The notes under the pieces were generated by a model. That model searched no databases. It was not told the origin of the DNA and saw nothing but the letters and a program-made list of their open reading frames with translations. A DNA stretch of 64,000 nt from Actinomycetes bacterium (GTDB taxonomy: Bacteria > Actinomycetota > Actinomycetes > JAWWOW01): positions 81,020 to 145,019 of the forward strand of contig JBJMHR010000029.1 in NCBI GenBank assembly GCA_045807285.1. Direction: 5' to 3'. A program made the translations under genes and the position numbers. Below are positions 52,172 to 62,912 of this stretch, piece by piece; positions within the stretch are counted from its first letter, which is position 1, and each line of letters starts with the position of its first letter.

Positions 52172-53623
52172 CTAACGAGCAAGTCCGTCATCAACCGCCG
52201 TCAGCACGCGGGCCCAGTCGGTCAGCTGCCGGTCCGGCAGGAAGTGCGTGCGCACCTGCTCGCGAGCTGCGTCGCCGCATTGTGCGGCGCCGGCCGGATC
52301 GGACAGCAGCTGCACCAACGCTGCACCGAAGGCCGCCAGGTCTGCCGGGTCGCTCAGCAGTACGCCGTGCTCGCCGTCGACAACTTGATCCTGGATGCCG
52401 CCGACCGCACTGGCCACTACCGGGCGCGCCTTCCACATGGCTTCCGCGACGGTCAGACCGAACCCCTCCGCGAGGCTCTTCTGTACGACGACCGTTGCGT
52501 GTCGCTGCACCGCGTTGACCATCGCGGCGTTTTCCTCGACGTCGTCCATCGGTAGACAGACCAGGTTGATGCGCCGACGCGCATCCGCAGCCAAGGACGC
52601 GAAGGTCGCCTTGCACTCGTCCCAGACTTCGAGCCCCTCGGGATCGTCGCTGACGCCTTCGACGGACGGTCCGACCAGCATCAGCCGGGCATTGCCGGCA
52701 CCCGCGTCGACGCCGTCGGCACCGACGACGTGGTCGGCGAATCCCTGCATGACGCCGTTCATGTCCTTCAACCGGTCCCAGCGGGACACCTGGACCACGA
52801 CGCGGTCCGCAGCCGTCGGCAACGGACCCTCGCCCACGACGCTGGCCTGCCGGGAGACCTTGCCGGTGGACCCGTCACCTCGCAGAAACGCGGCCGGGAC
52901 ATTCGGTCCAGGACCGTCGAGGAGGCCGGCTGCGGCCAGGATCGCCGCCGTCGTCTCATCGTCGAGGTCGGCGTTCTTCGTCGAGAACGGGTCGATCGCG
53001 GGAGCGACGATGGTCGCCGGATGCCCGCGGACGACCTCCGGAACGTATTCGGACCGGCTGAACACCACGTGGTGGACGGCGTCGAGATACGGCTGCAGGA
53101 ACGACCACGCTTGTTCGGTCTCGTCGTTGTTCTTGTCCGAGCCAATGTGACAACGCCACACGACTCCGCAGCCGCGTTGTGCCAACGCGGGGGCCATGCC
53201 CGCCGTTTGCGGATCATGTAACACGACGAGATCATGCTCGCCCGCCTGAGCGAGCAGCTCATCCGCAGCGCGCGACGTCGTCGCTTCGTACGCCGTCCGC
53301 TCGTCGGCACCGAGCGGACCGCCGTCACCGGCCTGTCCGTGCAAGCGGTTGTGCAGCCGCTTTGTCACTTCGAAGAACGTCGGGTCACCCTCAATGACGG
53401 CCCATCGCGTGTCGACACCCGCACCGAGGCCGTAGCCGACAAGCTGCGCGAGCATCTCAGCGACACCGCCACCGCTCGCGGTCGAGTTGACGTTCCAGAC
53501 GCTGCGACCGCCGAGGCGTGACTGCAGCTCCGCTCCGGTGTCGAGCAACGCCGTCATGCGGCTGGCCCCGATGTAGCCCTCGAGGCGTCCAGGGTCGACC
53601 GTTGGGACGTGTACTTGGTGCAC
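52172..53623 (-). CDS. GT4-family glycosyltransferase, trehalose synthase (TreT)-like
   Basis: 483 aa. N-terminal NVNSTASGGGVAEML matches the TreT-type motif (recalled). C-terminal GT-B block QKSLAEGFGLTVAEAMWK (E-x7-E). Confidence 0.55.
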   Translation of the reverse strand: MHQVHVPTVDPGRLEGYIGASRMTALLDTGAELQSRLGGRSVWNVNSTASGGGVAEMLAQLVGYGLGAGVDTRWAVIEGDPTFFEVTKRLHNRLHGQAGDGGPLGADERTAYEATTSRAADELLAQAGEHDLVVLHDPQTAGMAPALAQRGCGVVWRCHIGSDKNNDETEQAWSFLQPYLDAVHHVVFSRSEYVPEVVRGHPATIVAPAIDPFSTKNADLDDETTAAILAAAGLLDGPGPNVPAAFLRGDGSTGKVSRQASVVGEGPLPTAADRVVVQVSRWDRLKDMNGVMQGFADHVVGADGVDAGAGNARLMLVGPSVEGVSDDPEGLEVWDECKATFASLAADARRRINLVCLPMDDVEENAAMVNAVQRHATVVVQKSLAEGFGLTVAEAMWKARPVVASAVGGIQDQVVDGEHGVLLSDPADLAAFGAALVQLLSDPAGAAQCGDAAREQVRTHFLPDRQLTDWARVLTAVDDGLAR

Positions 53624-53629
53624 GGACCC

Positions 53630-54739
53630 TTAATCCCCAAAAACCGACGAGGAAACGCGGCGGCGCTCTGCGGAGGCCATCGACGTCTGGTCGATGGTGG
53701 CCGATCCGAGCACGCGTGCGCCGTCGTACAAGACGACCGCTTGCCCCGGCGCGACGCCGCGCACCGGCACGTCCAGCACAACCGTCAACTCGTTGCTGGT
53801 GAGGTACGCCGTGGCGGGCACCGCCTTCCCGTGTGCACGCACCTGCGCGCTGCACGCGAACGGTGACTCGGGCTCGGGACCGCACCACCGCGCCCGCGTG
53901 CCCGTGATGACGGCGACGTCGAGTGCTTCCGCCGGTCCGACCGTGACGGTGCCGGTGGTGGGCTCGAGCGCAAGGACGTAACGCGGCTTGCCGTCCGCGG
54001 CGGGATGTCCGATCCGCAGTCCCTTGCGTTGGCCGATCGTGAAGCCGTGTGTGCCGTCGTGGCCGCCCACCACTGACGTCGTCTCGGCGTCGACGATCGA
54101 CCCGGGTGCGGCGCCGAGTCGCTCGGTCAGGAAGCCGGCAGTGTCACCGCTTGGGATGAAACAGATGTCGTGGCTGTCCGGCTTGTCCGCGACGAGTAGC
54201 CCTCGCTGCCGTGCCTCGGTGCGAACCTGCTGCTTCGTCGAGTCGCCGAGCGGAAACATCGCGTTCGACAGCTGTCCTTCGGTCAGCACGCCGAGCACGT
54301 ACGACTGGTCCTTGGCGGGGTCGACGCTTCTGTGCAACCGCCCGTCGACAAGACGCGCGTGATGACCGGTGCACACCGCGTCGAAGCCGAGCGCCAGCGC
54401 GCGGTCGAGCACAGCCGTGAACTTGATGTGCTCGTTGCATCGCAGACACGGATTGGGCGTGCGCCCGACGGCGTACTCCGCGACGAAGTCGTCGACGACG
54501 TCGCGCTGGAACCGCTGAGCGAGGTCCCACACGTAGAACGGAATGCCGATCGTGTCGGCCGCGCGCCGCGCATCGCGCGCGTCTTCGAGCGTGCAGCAGC
54601 CGCGTGCCCCTTCGCGGAGGGCAGCAGGTTTCGGTGACAGCGCGAGGTGCACCCCGGTGACGTCGTGACCGGCGTCGACAGCGCGCGCAGCAGCAACGGC
54701 GGAGTCGACCCCGCCGGACATTGCCGCGAGGACCTTCAT
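53630..54739 (-). CDS. mnmA: tRNA 2-thiouridine(34) synthase
   Basis: 369 aa. PP-loop [13 protein letters not shown], catalytic Cys context (NPCLRCN), and typical MnmA C-terminal barrel. Confidence 0.9.
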   Translation of the reverse strand: MKVLAAMSGGVDSAVAAARAVDAGHDVTGVHLALSPKPAALREGARGCCTLEDARDARRAADTIGIPFYVWDLAQRFQRDVVDDFVAEYAVGRTPNPCLRCNEHIKFTAVLDRALALGFDAVCTGHHARLVDGRLHRSVDPAKDQSYVLGVLTEGQLSNAMFPLGDSTKQQVRTEARQRGLLVADKPDSHDICFIPSGDTAGFLTERLGAAPGSIVDAETTSVVGGHDGTHGFTIGQRKGLRIGHPAADGKPRYVLALEPTTGTVTVGPAEALDVAVITGTRARWCGPEPESPFACSAQVRAHGKAVPATAYLTSNELTVVLDVPVRGVAPGQAVVLYDGARVLGSATIDQTSMASAERRRVSSSVFGD

Positions 54740-54742
54740 CAG

Positions 54743-55918
54743 CTAACCGATCCCGGCACGTCGGGCACGTTCGACGACCGGACCGATCGCGTCGACGAGC
54801 GCGTCGACGTCGCTCTGTGCACTTGTGTGGCCGAGGCTGAACCGAAGCGAGCTGCGGGCGCGCTCCTCGTCCTGGCCCATCGACAGAAGCACATGACTCG
54901 GTCGCGCGACCCCCGCTGAACAGGCCGACCCGGTGGAACACTCGATGCCACGTGCGTCGAGCAACAGAAGCAACGAGTCGCCCTCGCAACCAGGGAAGGA
55001 GAAATGCGCGTTGCCGGGCAGGCGGGCCGAGACCGAGAAGTCGGGGTCGCCGTTCAGCAGCGCGTCCGGGACCTCGGCCTGCAAACGGGTGACGAGATCG
55101 GCGCGCAACTCGGCGAAGTAGTCCGCATGCTCCGGCTGTCGCTTCGCGGCGAGCTCGGCGGCGACCGCAAGGCCGGCGATCGATGGCACGGCGAACGTGC
55201 CGGACCGGACGTCGCGCTCCTGACCCCCACCGTGCAAGACCGGCGTCACGTCGACGCCGCGGCCGAGCAGCAGTGCACCAACACCTAACGGTCCACCGAA
55301 CTTGTGGCCCGAGATCGACAAGGCGTCCGCGCCGCTTGCGGCGAAGTCCACGGGCACCTGACCGACCGCCTGCACGGCATCGGTGTGGAACGGCACGGCG
55401 TACTCATGCGAGGCATCCGCGAGCTCGGCGACGGGTTGGACCGTGCCGACCTCGTTGTTCGCCCACATGACCGAAACGAGTGCGACGTCGTCCGGGTTGG
55501 TCGCGATCGCATCGGCCAGCACGGACGGATGGACGCGGCCGACGTCGTCCACGGGAAGCCAGGTGACCAGGGCGCCTTCGTGCTCGACCAACCACAGCAC
55601 ACTGTCGAGCACTGCGTGGTGCTCCACGGCGCTTGCGAGGATGCGCCGTCGTCGCGGGTCAGCGGCAGTGCGTGACCAGTAGAGGCCCTTGACTGCGAGG
55701 TTGTCCGCCTCCGTACCGCCACCCGTCAGCACGATTTCGCTGGGTCGCGCGCCGAGTGACTGCGCCAACGACTCGCGCGCTTCTTCGACCACGCGGCGGG
55801 CGCCCCGGCCGGCGGCGTGCAAGGACGAGGCATTACCGACGCGTTCGAGCTGCGCCGCAAGAGCCTCGGCTGCTTCGGGCAGCATCGGCGTCGACGCCGC
55901 GTGATCGAGGTAGACCAT
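54743..55918 (-). CDS. Cysteine desulfurase (IscS/NifS class)
   Basis: 391 aa. [13 protein letters not shown]-lysine context [13 protein letters not shown], and active-site Cys GSACSAG. Confidence 0.9.
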   Translation of the reverse strand: MVYLDHAASTPMLPEAAEALAAQLERVGNASSLHAAGRGARRVVEEARESLAQSLGARPSEIVLTGGGTEADNLAVKGLYWSRTAADPRRRRILASAVEHHAVLDSVLWLVEHEGALVTWLPVDDVGRVHPSVLADAIATNPDDVALVSVMWANNEVGTVQPVAELADASHEYAVPFHTDAVQAVGQVPVDFAASGADALSISGHKFGGPLGVGALLLGRGVDVTPVLHGGGQERDVRSGTFAVPSIAGLAVAAELAAKRQPEHADYFAELRADLVTRLQAEVPDALLNGDPDFSVSARLPGNAHFSFPGCEGDSLLLLLDARGIECSTGSACSAGVARPSHVLLSMGQDEERARSSLRFSLGHTSAQSDVDALVDAIGPVVERARRAGIG

Positions 55919-55948
55919 TGCCTCAGAGCCTAATGCGGGCCCGGCCGG

Positions 55949-57388
55949 TCAGGTGCGGACAGAGATCCGCGGGGTGAGCCAGCCCATCCCATTTGCGGAG
56001 ACATCGACACGGGCGAGCTCGCCGGGCACGACCGCGACGATCTGGCTGGGCAGCACGCCGGCCACCGTCCGCAAGTCGCGCGCGGTGGCAACGGCAACCT
56101 CCGCAACGTCCGCACCGGCCGTGGGGGCGATGTAGGCCAGCAGCTCGTCGGTCCCGGTCCGAGCGTTACGGCGCAGAAGCGTCCGCCAGTCGGACACGTC
56201 GGCGCGGCCGACCAGCGCGCCGGCCAGGCCGCGGAAGTCGACATGCCTCGTGGTCCCGTTCGCCGCTTGGTACGACGCCACCAGCGCACGTCGGCGGAGC
56301 GCGGCCGGAACCCGCGGCACGACCCGGCTACAGGCCGGACAGGCGCCCGTCAGGAGGTCCTCGTCGACCAGGTCGGCCGTGCGCCAGCGCAGCAACGCAC
56401 TGCCACGGAACCCGAGCTGGGTGAGCACCAGCTCACCGCCGGCCGACTTCGGCGCTTCACCGCTCTCCGGGTCGATGAGCTGTACGACGTCGAGGTCCGG
56501 ATAGGTGTGGTAGCCGCCGGACATCCCGCCGGCCGACTCGCGGCACTCCCCCCAGAGGACACGTGCGCCCGACGGCGCGTGCGCACCGAGCACGACGACG
56601 TTGGCGAGACCTGCAGCGGCCAACGCCTCGTGTGCTGCGGCACGTTCGGCCGGCGTTGGCGCACCGACGAGGACAAGAGTCGACAGCGACGTGGTCGGTG
56701 CGCCGATGTCCGCCATCTCGTCGACCAGAGTTGCCGCCTCCGGCGACCGCACCGCGAGGACCGTCGCGGGTACCAGCCGCAGTGTCGCGGCGATCTCGTT
56801 CGGATCGTTTCCGGGGAACAACCCGGGCGCTCCGCTGCCGAGGGCGGCGTACTGCAACGCGACGTGCTCGGTGCGCGCCTCGACCGGTACGGCGCTGACG
56901 AGGACGTCGGCCGATGTCAGGCCGAGCACCTGCCACAACCGGGCACCCGCGCGGGCGACGACGTCGAGGTCCGACCGCGTGGACGCGATCGGGAAGCGGA
57001 ACGCCAGCCCGTCGTACACATATGTAGTTGCGCGACTGTCCGCCTCGACCTGCCGCCGGTACGCGTCGAAGTCGACGGTCCTGCGCAGCAGCGCCTTGCG
57101 CAGTGACGGACCCGGCGCATGAAGGGCGTAGCCGGTCTCCGACGCCTGGACAACGAGGCGCGCGGCTTGCGCGGGGTCGCCCCCGGGGCAGACGTCGCGT
57201 TCGCCGACCGGCGGGACCTTGTCGAGGTCACGGACGCGTGCGACGGCGGCCGGCTTCAGCCCGATCTGCGCGAGCCGCTCTTTCCAGTACGGCGAGAACG
57301 GCGCGACGACGTCGTGCACCTGCTCGCGCACCAAACGGTCGCGCAGCTTCGCCTGGGCGGACGGGCTCCGCCGGTCCCACGCTGGCAT
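55949..57388 (-). CDS. Possible adenylate-forming enzyme (phenylacetate-CoA ligase / F390 synthetase-like)
   Basis: 479 aa. The N-terminal pattern VVAPFSPYWKERLAQIGLKP..VRDLDKVPPVGERDV resembles the PaaK-family opening (PFYRxxx...DLxxLPxTxKxDL). The rest was not recognised in detail. Confidence 0.35.
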   Translation of the reverse strand: MPAWDRRSPSAQAKLRDRLVREQVHDVVAPFSPYWKERLAQIGLKPAAVARVRDLDKVPPVGERDVCPGGDPAQAARLVVQASETGYALHAPGPSLRKALLRRTVDFDAYRRQVEADSRATTYVYDGLAFRFPIASTRSDLDVVARAGARLWQVLGLTSADVLVSAVPVEARTEHVALQYAALGSGAPGLFPGNDPNEIAATLRLVPATVLAVRSPEAATLVDEMADIGAPTTSLSTLVLVGAPTPAERAAAHEALAAAGLANVVVLGAHAPSGARVLWGECRESAGGMSGGYHTYPDLDVVQLIDPESGEAPKSAGGELVLTQLGFRGSALLRWRTADLVDEDLLTGACPACSRVVPRVPAALRRRALVASYQAANGTTRHVDFRGLAGALVGRADVSDWRTLLRRNARTGTDELLAYIAPTAGADVAEVAVATARDLRTVAGVLPSQIVAVVPGELARVDVSANGMGWLTPRISVRT

Positions 57389-57442
57389 GGCGCGAGCCTA
57401 GTTGGCGCTCACCGCGTCGCCCGCCCCCGATTCAGCGTTTTG

Positions 57443-58396
57443 CTAGCCCTTGCGCTTTTCGACTTCTTCGGTCAGCTGCGGTACAACGTCGAACAGGTCA
57501 CCGACGACGCCGAAGTCGACGAGCTCGAAGATCGGCGCCTCGGAGTCCTTGTTGATGGCGACGATCGTCTTCGAGGTCTGCATACCGGCGCGGTGTTGGA
57601 TCGCGCCCGAAATGCCGGTCGCGATGTAGAGCTGCGGCGACACGGTCTTGCCGGTCTGGCCGACCTGGTTCTGGTGCGGGTACCACCCCGCATCGGTCGC
57701 GGCACGCGATGCGCCAACTGCCGCACCGAGCGAGTCGGCAAGCTTCTCGATGAGCGCGAAGTTCTCCGCCCCGCCCAAGCCCCGGCCGCCGGACACGACG
57801 ATCGACGCCTCGGTCAGCTCCGGCCGACCGCTCTTGGCCTCGACCACCCGGTCGACGACAGCAGCGAGCTTGTCGGCGTCAGTGAGCTCGACGCTGATCT
57901 GCTCCTCGGCTGCGTCACCTTGCGCGGCCTCGGGTGCCGTCGAGTTCGGGCGCATCGTGATGATCGGTACGCCGGTCGTCACCTTCGCGTGAACGATCGT
58001 CGCGCCGCCGAAGATCGACTGCTCGGCGACGAACTCGTTGGTCAGGTCGACAGCGTCGGTGAGCACACCGGAACCGGTGCGCACAGCGAGCCGACCGGCG
58101 ATCTCCTTGCCCTCGGGCCCGGACGCGATGAGGACGGCGGCCGGTGACTTCTCCTGCACGAGCTGCGCGAGCACCGCGACCTTGGGCGCGACGACGTACT
58201 TCGCAAGCTCGTCGTCGGCCGCGACGTAGACCTTGGCAGCACCGAACTCGGCAAGGCGCGCCTTCGCGTTGTCGAAACCGCCGCCGATGAACACCGCGCT
58301 CGGCTCGCCGAGCTGCCGCGCTTTGGTCAGCAGCTCGGTGGTGACCTTCTTGACGTTCCCGTCGAGGTGCTCGACGAGGACCAGGACCTCAGCCAT
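57443..58396 (-). CDS. etfA: Electron transfer flavoprotein alpha subunit
   Basis: 317 aa. [10 protein letters not shown]..., C-terminal FAD block [21 protein letters not shown]...IVAINKD. Confidence 0.9.
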   Translation of the reverse strand: MAEVLVLVEHLDGNVKKVTTELLTKARQLGEPSAVFIGGGFDNAKARLAEFGAAKVYVAADDELAKYVVAPKVAVLAQLVQEKSPAAVLIASGPEGKEIAGRLAVRTGSGVLTDAVDLTNEFVAEQSIFGGATIVHAKVTTGVPIITMRPNSTAPEAAQGDAAEEQISVELTDADKLAAVVDRVVEAKSGRPELTEASIVVSGGRGLGGAENFALIEKLADSLGAAVGASRAATDAGWYPHQNQVGQTGKTVSPQLYIATGISGAIQHRAGMQTSKTIVAINKDSEAPIFELVDFGVVGDLFDVVPQLTEEVEKRKG

Positions 58397-58408
58397 TCGC
58401 CAGCCCTC

Positions 58409-59200
58409 TCAGATGAATTTCTTGGACGCGAGGAACTCGGCGAGCTTCCTGCCGCCGTCGCCCTCGTCTTTGATGATTTCCCCGGCTTGACGCGGTGGAG
58501 CTGCCTCGAAGTCCTCGACAGTGCTGGTGGCCGCACCGAGACCGACGTGCTGCGGGTCGATGCCGGCATCCGCGCATGACAACGTCGTGAGTGGCTTCTT
58601 CTTCGCAGCCATGATGCCTTTGAAGGACGGGTATCGCGGCTCGTTGATCTTCTCCACGACGCTCACGACGGCCGGCAGCTGCGCCTCGACCTTGTCGAAG
58701 CCGGTGTCGGTCAGCCGCTCGACACGCACGCTTTGCCCCTCGACCTCGACCTTGCGCGCGAACGTCACCTGCGCAACCCCGAGCTGCTCGGCGAGCATCG
58801 CCGGCAGGAGTGACGTCCGCGCGTCAGTGGACTCCGAGCCACAGATCACGAGATCCCATTCGATCGTGCCGAGCGCCATTGCCATCGCGTATGACGTGGC
58901 GACCGCGCACGACCCCTTCAACGCCGAGTCGGTCAGGTGCACGGCTTGGTCAGCGCCCATCGAGAGCGCCTTGCGGATCGTCTCGGTCGCCTTCTCCGGC
59001 CCCATCGTGAGCACGGTCACCGTCGTTGACTCAGGTCCCCCGGTCGCTTCCTGAATGCGCAGCGCTTCCTCGACGGCGTACTCGTCGAGCTCGTTCATGA
59101 CCGAGTCGACACCTTCGCGGTCGACGGTCTTGTCGTCAGCGGAGAGTCGCTTTTCCGCCCAGGTGTCCGGAACCTGTTTGACGCACACGACGATATTCAT
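58409..59200 (-). CDS. etfB: Electron transfer flavoprotein beta subunit
   Basis: 263 aa. MNIVVCVKQVPD... with typical EtfB blocks. Immediately upstream of etfA. Confidence 0.9.
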   Translation of the reverse strand: MNIVVCVKQVPDTWAEKRLSADDKTVDREGVDSVMNELDEYAVEEALRIQEATGGPESTTVTVLTMGPEKATETIRKALSMGADQAVHLTDSALKGSCAVATSYAMAMALGTIEWDLVICGSESTDARTSLLPAMLAEQLGVAQVTFARKVEVEGQSVRVERLTDTGFDKVEAQLPAVVSVVEKINEPRYPSFKGIMAAKKKPLTTLSCADAGIDPQHVGLGAATSTVEDFEAAPPRQAGEIIKDEGDGGRKLAEFLASKKFI

Positions 59201-59316
59201 GGAGGCGGCCTCCGGCTCTTGCCAAGAAATGGGGGTTGCGCGCGTAGGTTACCCGGCGGTCACACCGGCGCAAACTCCAGCAAGCGCCGGCCCGGTCGCC
59301 CCGCTACGTTGACGGT

Positions 59317-60075
59317 GTGCGCAGTGCGACGCAAGAGACCGCACTCGTCCTCACCGGTGAGCGAACGCTTCCGGCTATCCCCGATGAGAACTACTGGTTT
59401 CGCCGGCACGAGGCGGCGTACCGCGCGGTTGTGCCGTTCGTCACAGGTGCGGTGGCTCTCGATGCGGGTTGCGGCGAGGGGTACGGCGCAGAGCTGATGG
59501 CGCGCACCGCCGGCGATGTGCTTGCGCTCGACTATGACGCGCTCACGGCCGCGCACGTGCACGAGGCCTATCCCACTGTTGATGTGGTTCGCGGAGACCT
59601 GCAGCACCTTCCGCTCGGCGACGGATCCATCGACGTGGTCGTCTGCATGCAGGTCATCGAGCACTTGTGGGACCAGCCGGGGTTCGTCGCCGAATGTGCT
59701 CGCGTGCTGCGACCGGCGGGCACATTCATCGTCTCGACGCCAAACCGGCTGACGTTCTCGCCGAGCGGCCAAGTGCTCAATCCCTTCCACACACGTGAAC
59801 TGGCCGCGGATGAACTTGCGGAACTGTTGGCGCAACGGTTCGTGGTGACGCGGTTGTACGGCCTGCGCCACGGTCGTCGGCTCGCGCGCTTCGAGCGGCG
59901 CCGCGGCTCCCTCGTCGAGACGCAGACGGCGGGACCGCCGGACAGCTGGCCGGCACCGGTGCGCCGGCTCGTGCAGCGCGTTCGGGTCAAGGACTTTGTC
60001 GTGGACGAGAAGGACGTTGACGCGTCGCTCGACCTGATCGTGGTCGCGCGCAAGCGAACGGTCGCCGACACGTGA
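59317..60075 (+). CDS. Class I SAM-dependent methyltransferase
   Basis: 252 aa, GTG start. Motif I ALDAGCGEGYG, and motif post-I/II (VLALDYD, DVVVCMQVIEHL). Position and neighbours match Rv3030. Confidence 0.8.
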   Translation: MRSATQETALVLTGERTLPAIPDENYWFRRHEAAYRAVVPFVTGAVALDAGCGEGYGAELMARTAGDVLALDYDALTAAHVHEAYPTVDVVRGDLQHLPLGDGSIDVVVCMQVIEHLWDQPGFVAECARVLRPAGTFIVSTPNRLTFSPSGQVLNPFHTRELAADELAELLAQRFVVTRLYGLRHGRRLARFERRRGSLVETQTAGPPDSWPAPVRRLVQRVRVKDFVVDEKDVDASLDLIVVARKRTVADT

Positions 60076-61622
60076 ACGAGCAGCCTGTCGGCACGTGCTG
60101 CCTCGTGCTGCACACACATCTGCCATGGCTCGCACATCACGGCGCTTGGCCGGTCGGCGAGGAATGGCTGCATCAAGCCTGGAGCGCGTCGTACTTGCCC
60201 GTGATGGACGTGCTGCACCGATTGGCGAACGAAGGTCGCCGCGATCTCGTGAGCGTCGGCGTCACGCCGATCGTGGCTGCACAGCTCGATGACGCGTACT
60301 GCCTGCGCGAGTTCCACACGTGGCTCGGCTTCTGGCAGACGCGCGCGGCGGCCTTGGCGACCCGGCGCGAGGAACATCTGCGCCACCTCGCGGCGTACGA
60401 GTTCGGCCTGGCCACCCGCGCACTAGAGACATTCGAGACGACGTGGCGCCACGGCGGGTCGTCCGTTCTGCGCAAGCTTGCGGACGCCGGCGTCATCGAA
60501 CTGCTGGGCGGGCCGGCGACACACCCCTTCCTGCCCTTGACCGACGACCGGGTTGCCCGCGCGCAGCTCGACGTCGGGATGGAGGACGGGGCACGCCGCT
60601 TCGGCGGCCGGTTGCCGGGCATGTGGGCCCCGGAGTGCGGTTACCGGCCCGGGCTCGAAGACCTCTACTTCGAAGCGGGCGTTCGGCGTTTCCTCGTCGA
60701 CGGCCCGACGCTCATCGCCGGCAGCCACCATCGACCGCATGGGCACGACAACATCGCAACGGGCGACGCGTGGACCGTCGGCGCGAGCGACGTGATCGTG
60801 TTCGGTCGCGATCTCGATGTGACCTATCGGATCTGGTCACCGCGGCGCGGATATCCCGGCGGACGTGACTACCGCGACTTTCACACCTTCGACCACGCGT
60901 CGGGCATCCGACCGGCACGGGTGACATCGACGCACACGCCACCGGCCGACAAGGCGCCGTATGACCCAGCGCGCGGGCACGCCGCGATTGCCGCGGACGC
61001 AGCTGACTTCGTACGCGTCGTGCGTTCACGGCTGCTCGACCTAGCTGCTGCGCGGGGGCGGCCCGGCGTCGTCGTCGCGGCGTACGACACGGAGCTGTTC
61101 GGGCACTGGTGGCACGAAGGCCCGCTCTTCCTCGAACACGTCTTGCGGTCCTTGCCGGCGGCGGGTGTCCACGTGGCAACACTCGGGACCGCGATCGAGG
61201 AGGGTGCCGTTGCCGGGCGCATCGACCTGCCGACCGGCTCCTGGGGAGCGGGGAAGGACTGGCACGTCTGGTCCGGCGAGCAGGTCCGCGACATCACCGA
61301 TGCACAGGCCGCGGTGCGGGAACGGTTGCTGCGGGTCGTTGACAAGACCGATGGGAACGGGCCCCGTCGGCCCGATCTCGACCAGCTCGCGCGCGAGGCG
61401 TTTCTGACCACCAGCAGCGACTGGGCGTTCATGGTGACGCACGACTCTGCCGCGTCGTACGCACGCGAGCGCGCCCAGGAGCACGCGCGTCGGTTCCACG
61501 CCCTCGCCGACCGAATCGAGGCCGGTCGCGAGGCAACCAGGTTGACCTCCGAACTGCGCGCCGACGACGGACCTTTCGGACACCTGGACGCGCGGATCCT
61601 GCGTCGTACCTGTCCTGATTAG
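60072..61622 (+). CDS. GH57-family 1,4-alpha-glucan branching enzyme
   Basis: 516 aa. N-terminal LVLHTHLPW motif, ELFGHWW catalytic-region motif, and a DUF1957-like helical C-terminus. 4-nt overlap with the methyltransferase gene. Matches the Rv3031 position. Confidence 0.8.
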   Translation: MNEQPVGTCCLVLHTHLPWLAHHGAWPVGEEWLHQAWSASYLPVMDVLHRLANEGRRDLVSVGVTPIVAAQLDDAYCLREFHTWLGFWQTRAAALATRREEHLRHLAAYEFGLATRALETFETTWRHGGSSVLRKLADAGVIELLGGPATHPFLPLTDDRVARAQLDVGMEDGARRFGGRLPGMWAPECGYRPGLEDLYFEAGVRRFLVDGPTLIAGSHHRPHGHDNIATGDAWTVGASDVIVFGRDLDVTYRIWSPRRGYPGGRDYRDFHTFDHASGIRPARVTSTHTPPADKAPYDPARGHAAIAADAADFVRVVRSRLLDLAAARGRPGVVVAAYDTELFGHWWHEGPLFLEHVLRSLPAAGVHVATLGTAIEEGAVAGRIDLPTGSWGAGKDWHVWSGEQVRDITDAQAAVRERLLRVVDKTDGNGPRRPDLDQLAREAFLTTSSDWAFMVTHDSAASYARERAQEHARRFHALADRIEAGREATRLTSELRADDGPFGHLDARILRRTCPD

Positions 61623-61633
61623 GCTCGCCGACC

Positions 61634-62887
61634 GTGCGGGTGCTGATGCTGTCGTGGGAGTACCCACCCGTGATGTACGGCGGCCTCGGCCGACATGCGC
61701 ACGCGCTTGCCGAGTCGCTCGTCTGCGCCGGGCACGACGTCACAGTTGTCTCTCAGCACGCACCGGATGCCGCCTACGACGAAGTTGTGAACGGTGTGCG
61801 CGTCGTGCGCGCGCCGGCGGATCCGCCCATGATCCCCCGCGACGACCTGTTGGCGTGGGTGCTGTCGCTGAACCATTCGATCGGCCGCGTCGCTGTGCAC
61901 GTCGCGACGCAGGGAAAGTACGACGTCGTGCACGCGCACGACTGGGTGGTGGCGCATGCAGCGGCAACAGCGAAGTCCGCGGCCGGCCTGCCACTCGTCG
62001 CGACGATGCATGCGACCGAAGCCGGCCGGCACCAGGGTTGGCTGCCCGGAGCGCTGTCCCGCGCGATCCACACCACTGAATGGTGGTTGACCTACGAGGC
62101 GCGACGCGTCATCACGTGCTCGTCGCACATGCGATGGGAGGTCACCCGCCTGTTCGACCTGCCGCCGGCAAGCGTCGACGTGGTGCCCAACGGGATCGAC
62201 GCCGCCGCCTGGTCGGTCGCGGACGACGTCGTCAGCGAAGCGCGCAAGACATATGCAGCCGACGGGCCCCTGCTGGCGTACACAGGTCGGCTGGAGTACG
62301 AGAAGGGCGTGCACACGTTGTTGCGCGCGGTACCTCGTCTTCGCCGCCGGTTCGCTGGACTGCGCGTGGTTGTCGCAGGCACCGGCACGTACGAAGCCGA
62401 GCTGCGCGCACTCGCCCGCAAGCTGCGGCTCGGTCGCGCTGTGCGCTTCACCGGCTTCGTCGAACACGACCCACTCGCGGCACTCGCCGCGGCGGCCGAT
62501 GTCGCCGTCGTCCCGTCGATCTACGAACCGTTCGGCATGGTCGCGCTGGAGGCGACCGCGGCCGGCACACCGCTCGTAGTGTCCGACACCGGCGGCCTGC
62601 GCGAGCTCGTCGAGCACGGCGCGACCGGAGTTCTGTTCCGCGCTGAGGATGTCGCCGGGTTGGCCGACGCCGTCACCGATGTGCTGTCCGACGAGATCCG
62701 CGCCCGACGCCTCGTCCGGGACGCGCGACAAGCGCTCGCGGGCACGTTCACCTGGCCGGCAGCGGCACAGCGCACCGCCGACGTCTACCGCCGCGCCGTA
62801 CAGGAGGAACGCGCCCTGCAAGCCCGCCACGCCCGGCCTATGCGGGTGGTCGTCCGCGACGGCAACCTGCTCAGCGGAGCGCCCTGA
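61634..62887 (+). CDS. GT4-family alpha-1,4-glucosyltransferase (glycogen-synthase-like, Rv3032 type)
   Basis: 417 aa. MRVLMLSWEYPPVMYGGLGRH, and C-terminal E-x7-E block (PSIYEPFGMVALEATAAG). Confidence 0.85.
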   Translation: MRVLMLSWEYPPVMYGGLGRHAHALAESLVCAGHDVTVVSQHAPDAAYDEVVNGVRVVRAPADPPMIPRDDLLAWVLSLNHSIGRVAVHVATQGKYDVVHAHDWVVAHAAATAKSAAGLPLVATMHATEAGRHQGWLPGALSRAIHTTEWWLTYEARRVITCSSHMRWEVTRLFDLPPASVDVVPNGIDAAAWSVADDVVSEARKTYAADGPLLAYTGRLEYEKGVHTLLRAVPRLRRRFAGLRVVVAGTGTYEAELRALARKLRLGRAVRFTGFVEHDPLAALAAAADVAVVPSIYEPFGMVALEATAAGTPLVVSDTGGLRELVEHGATGVLFRAEDVAGLADAVTDVLSDEIRARRLVRDARQALAGTFTWPAAAQRTADVYRRAVQEERALQARHARPMRVVVRDGNLLSGAP

Positions 62888-62912
62888 GCCAGTCTGCTTG
62901 ACTCGACTGACC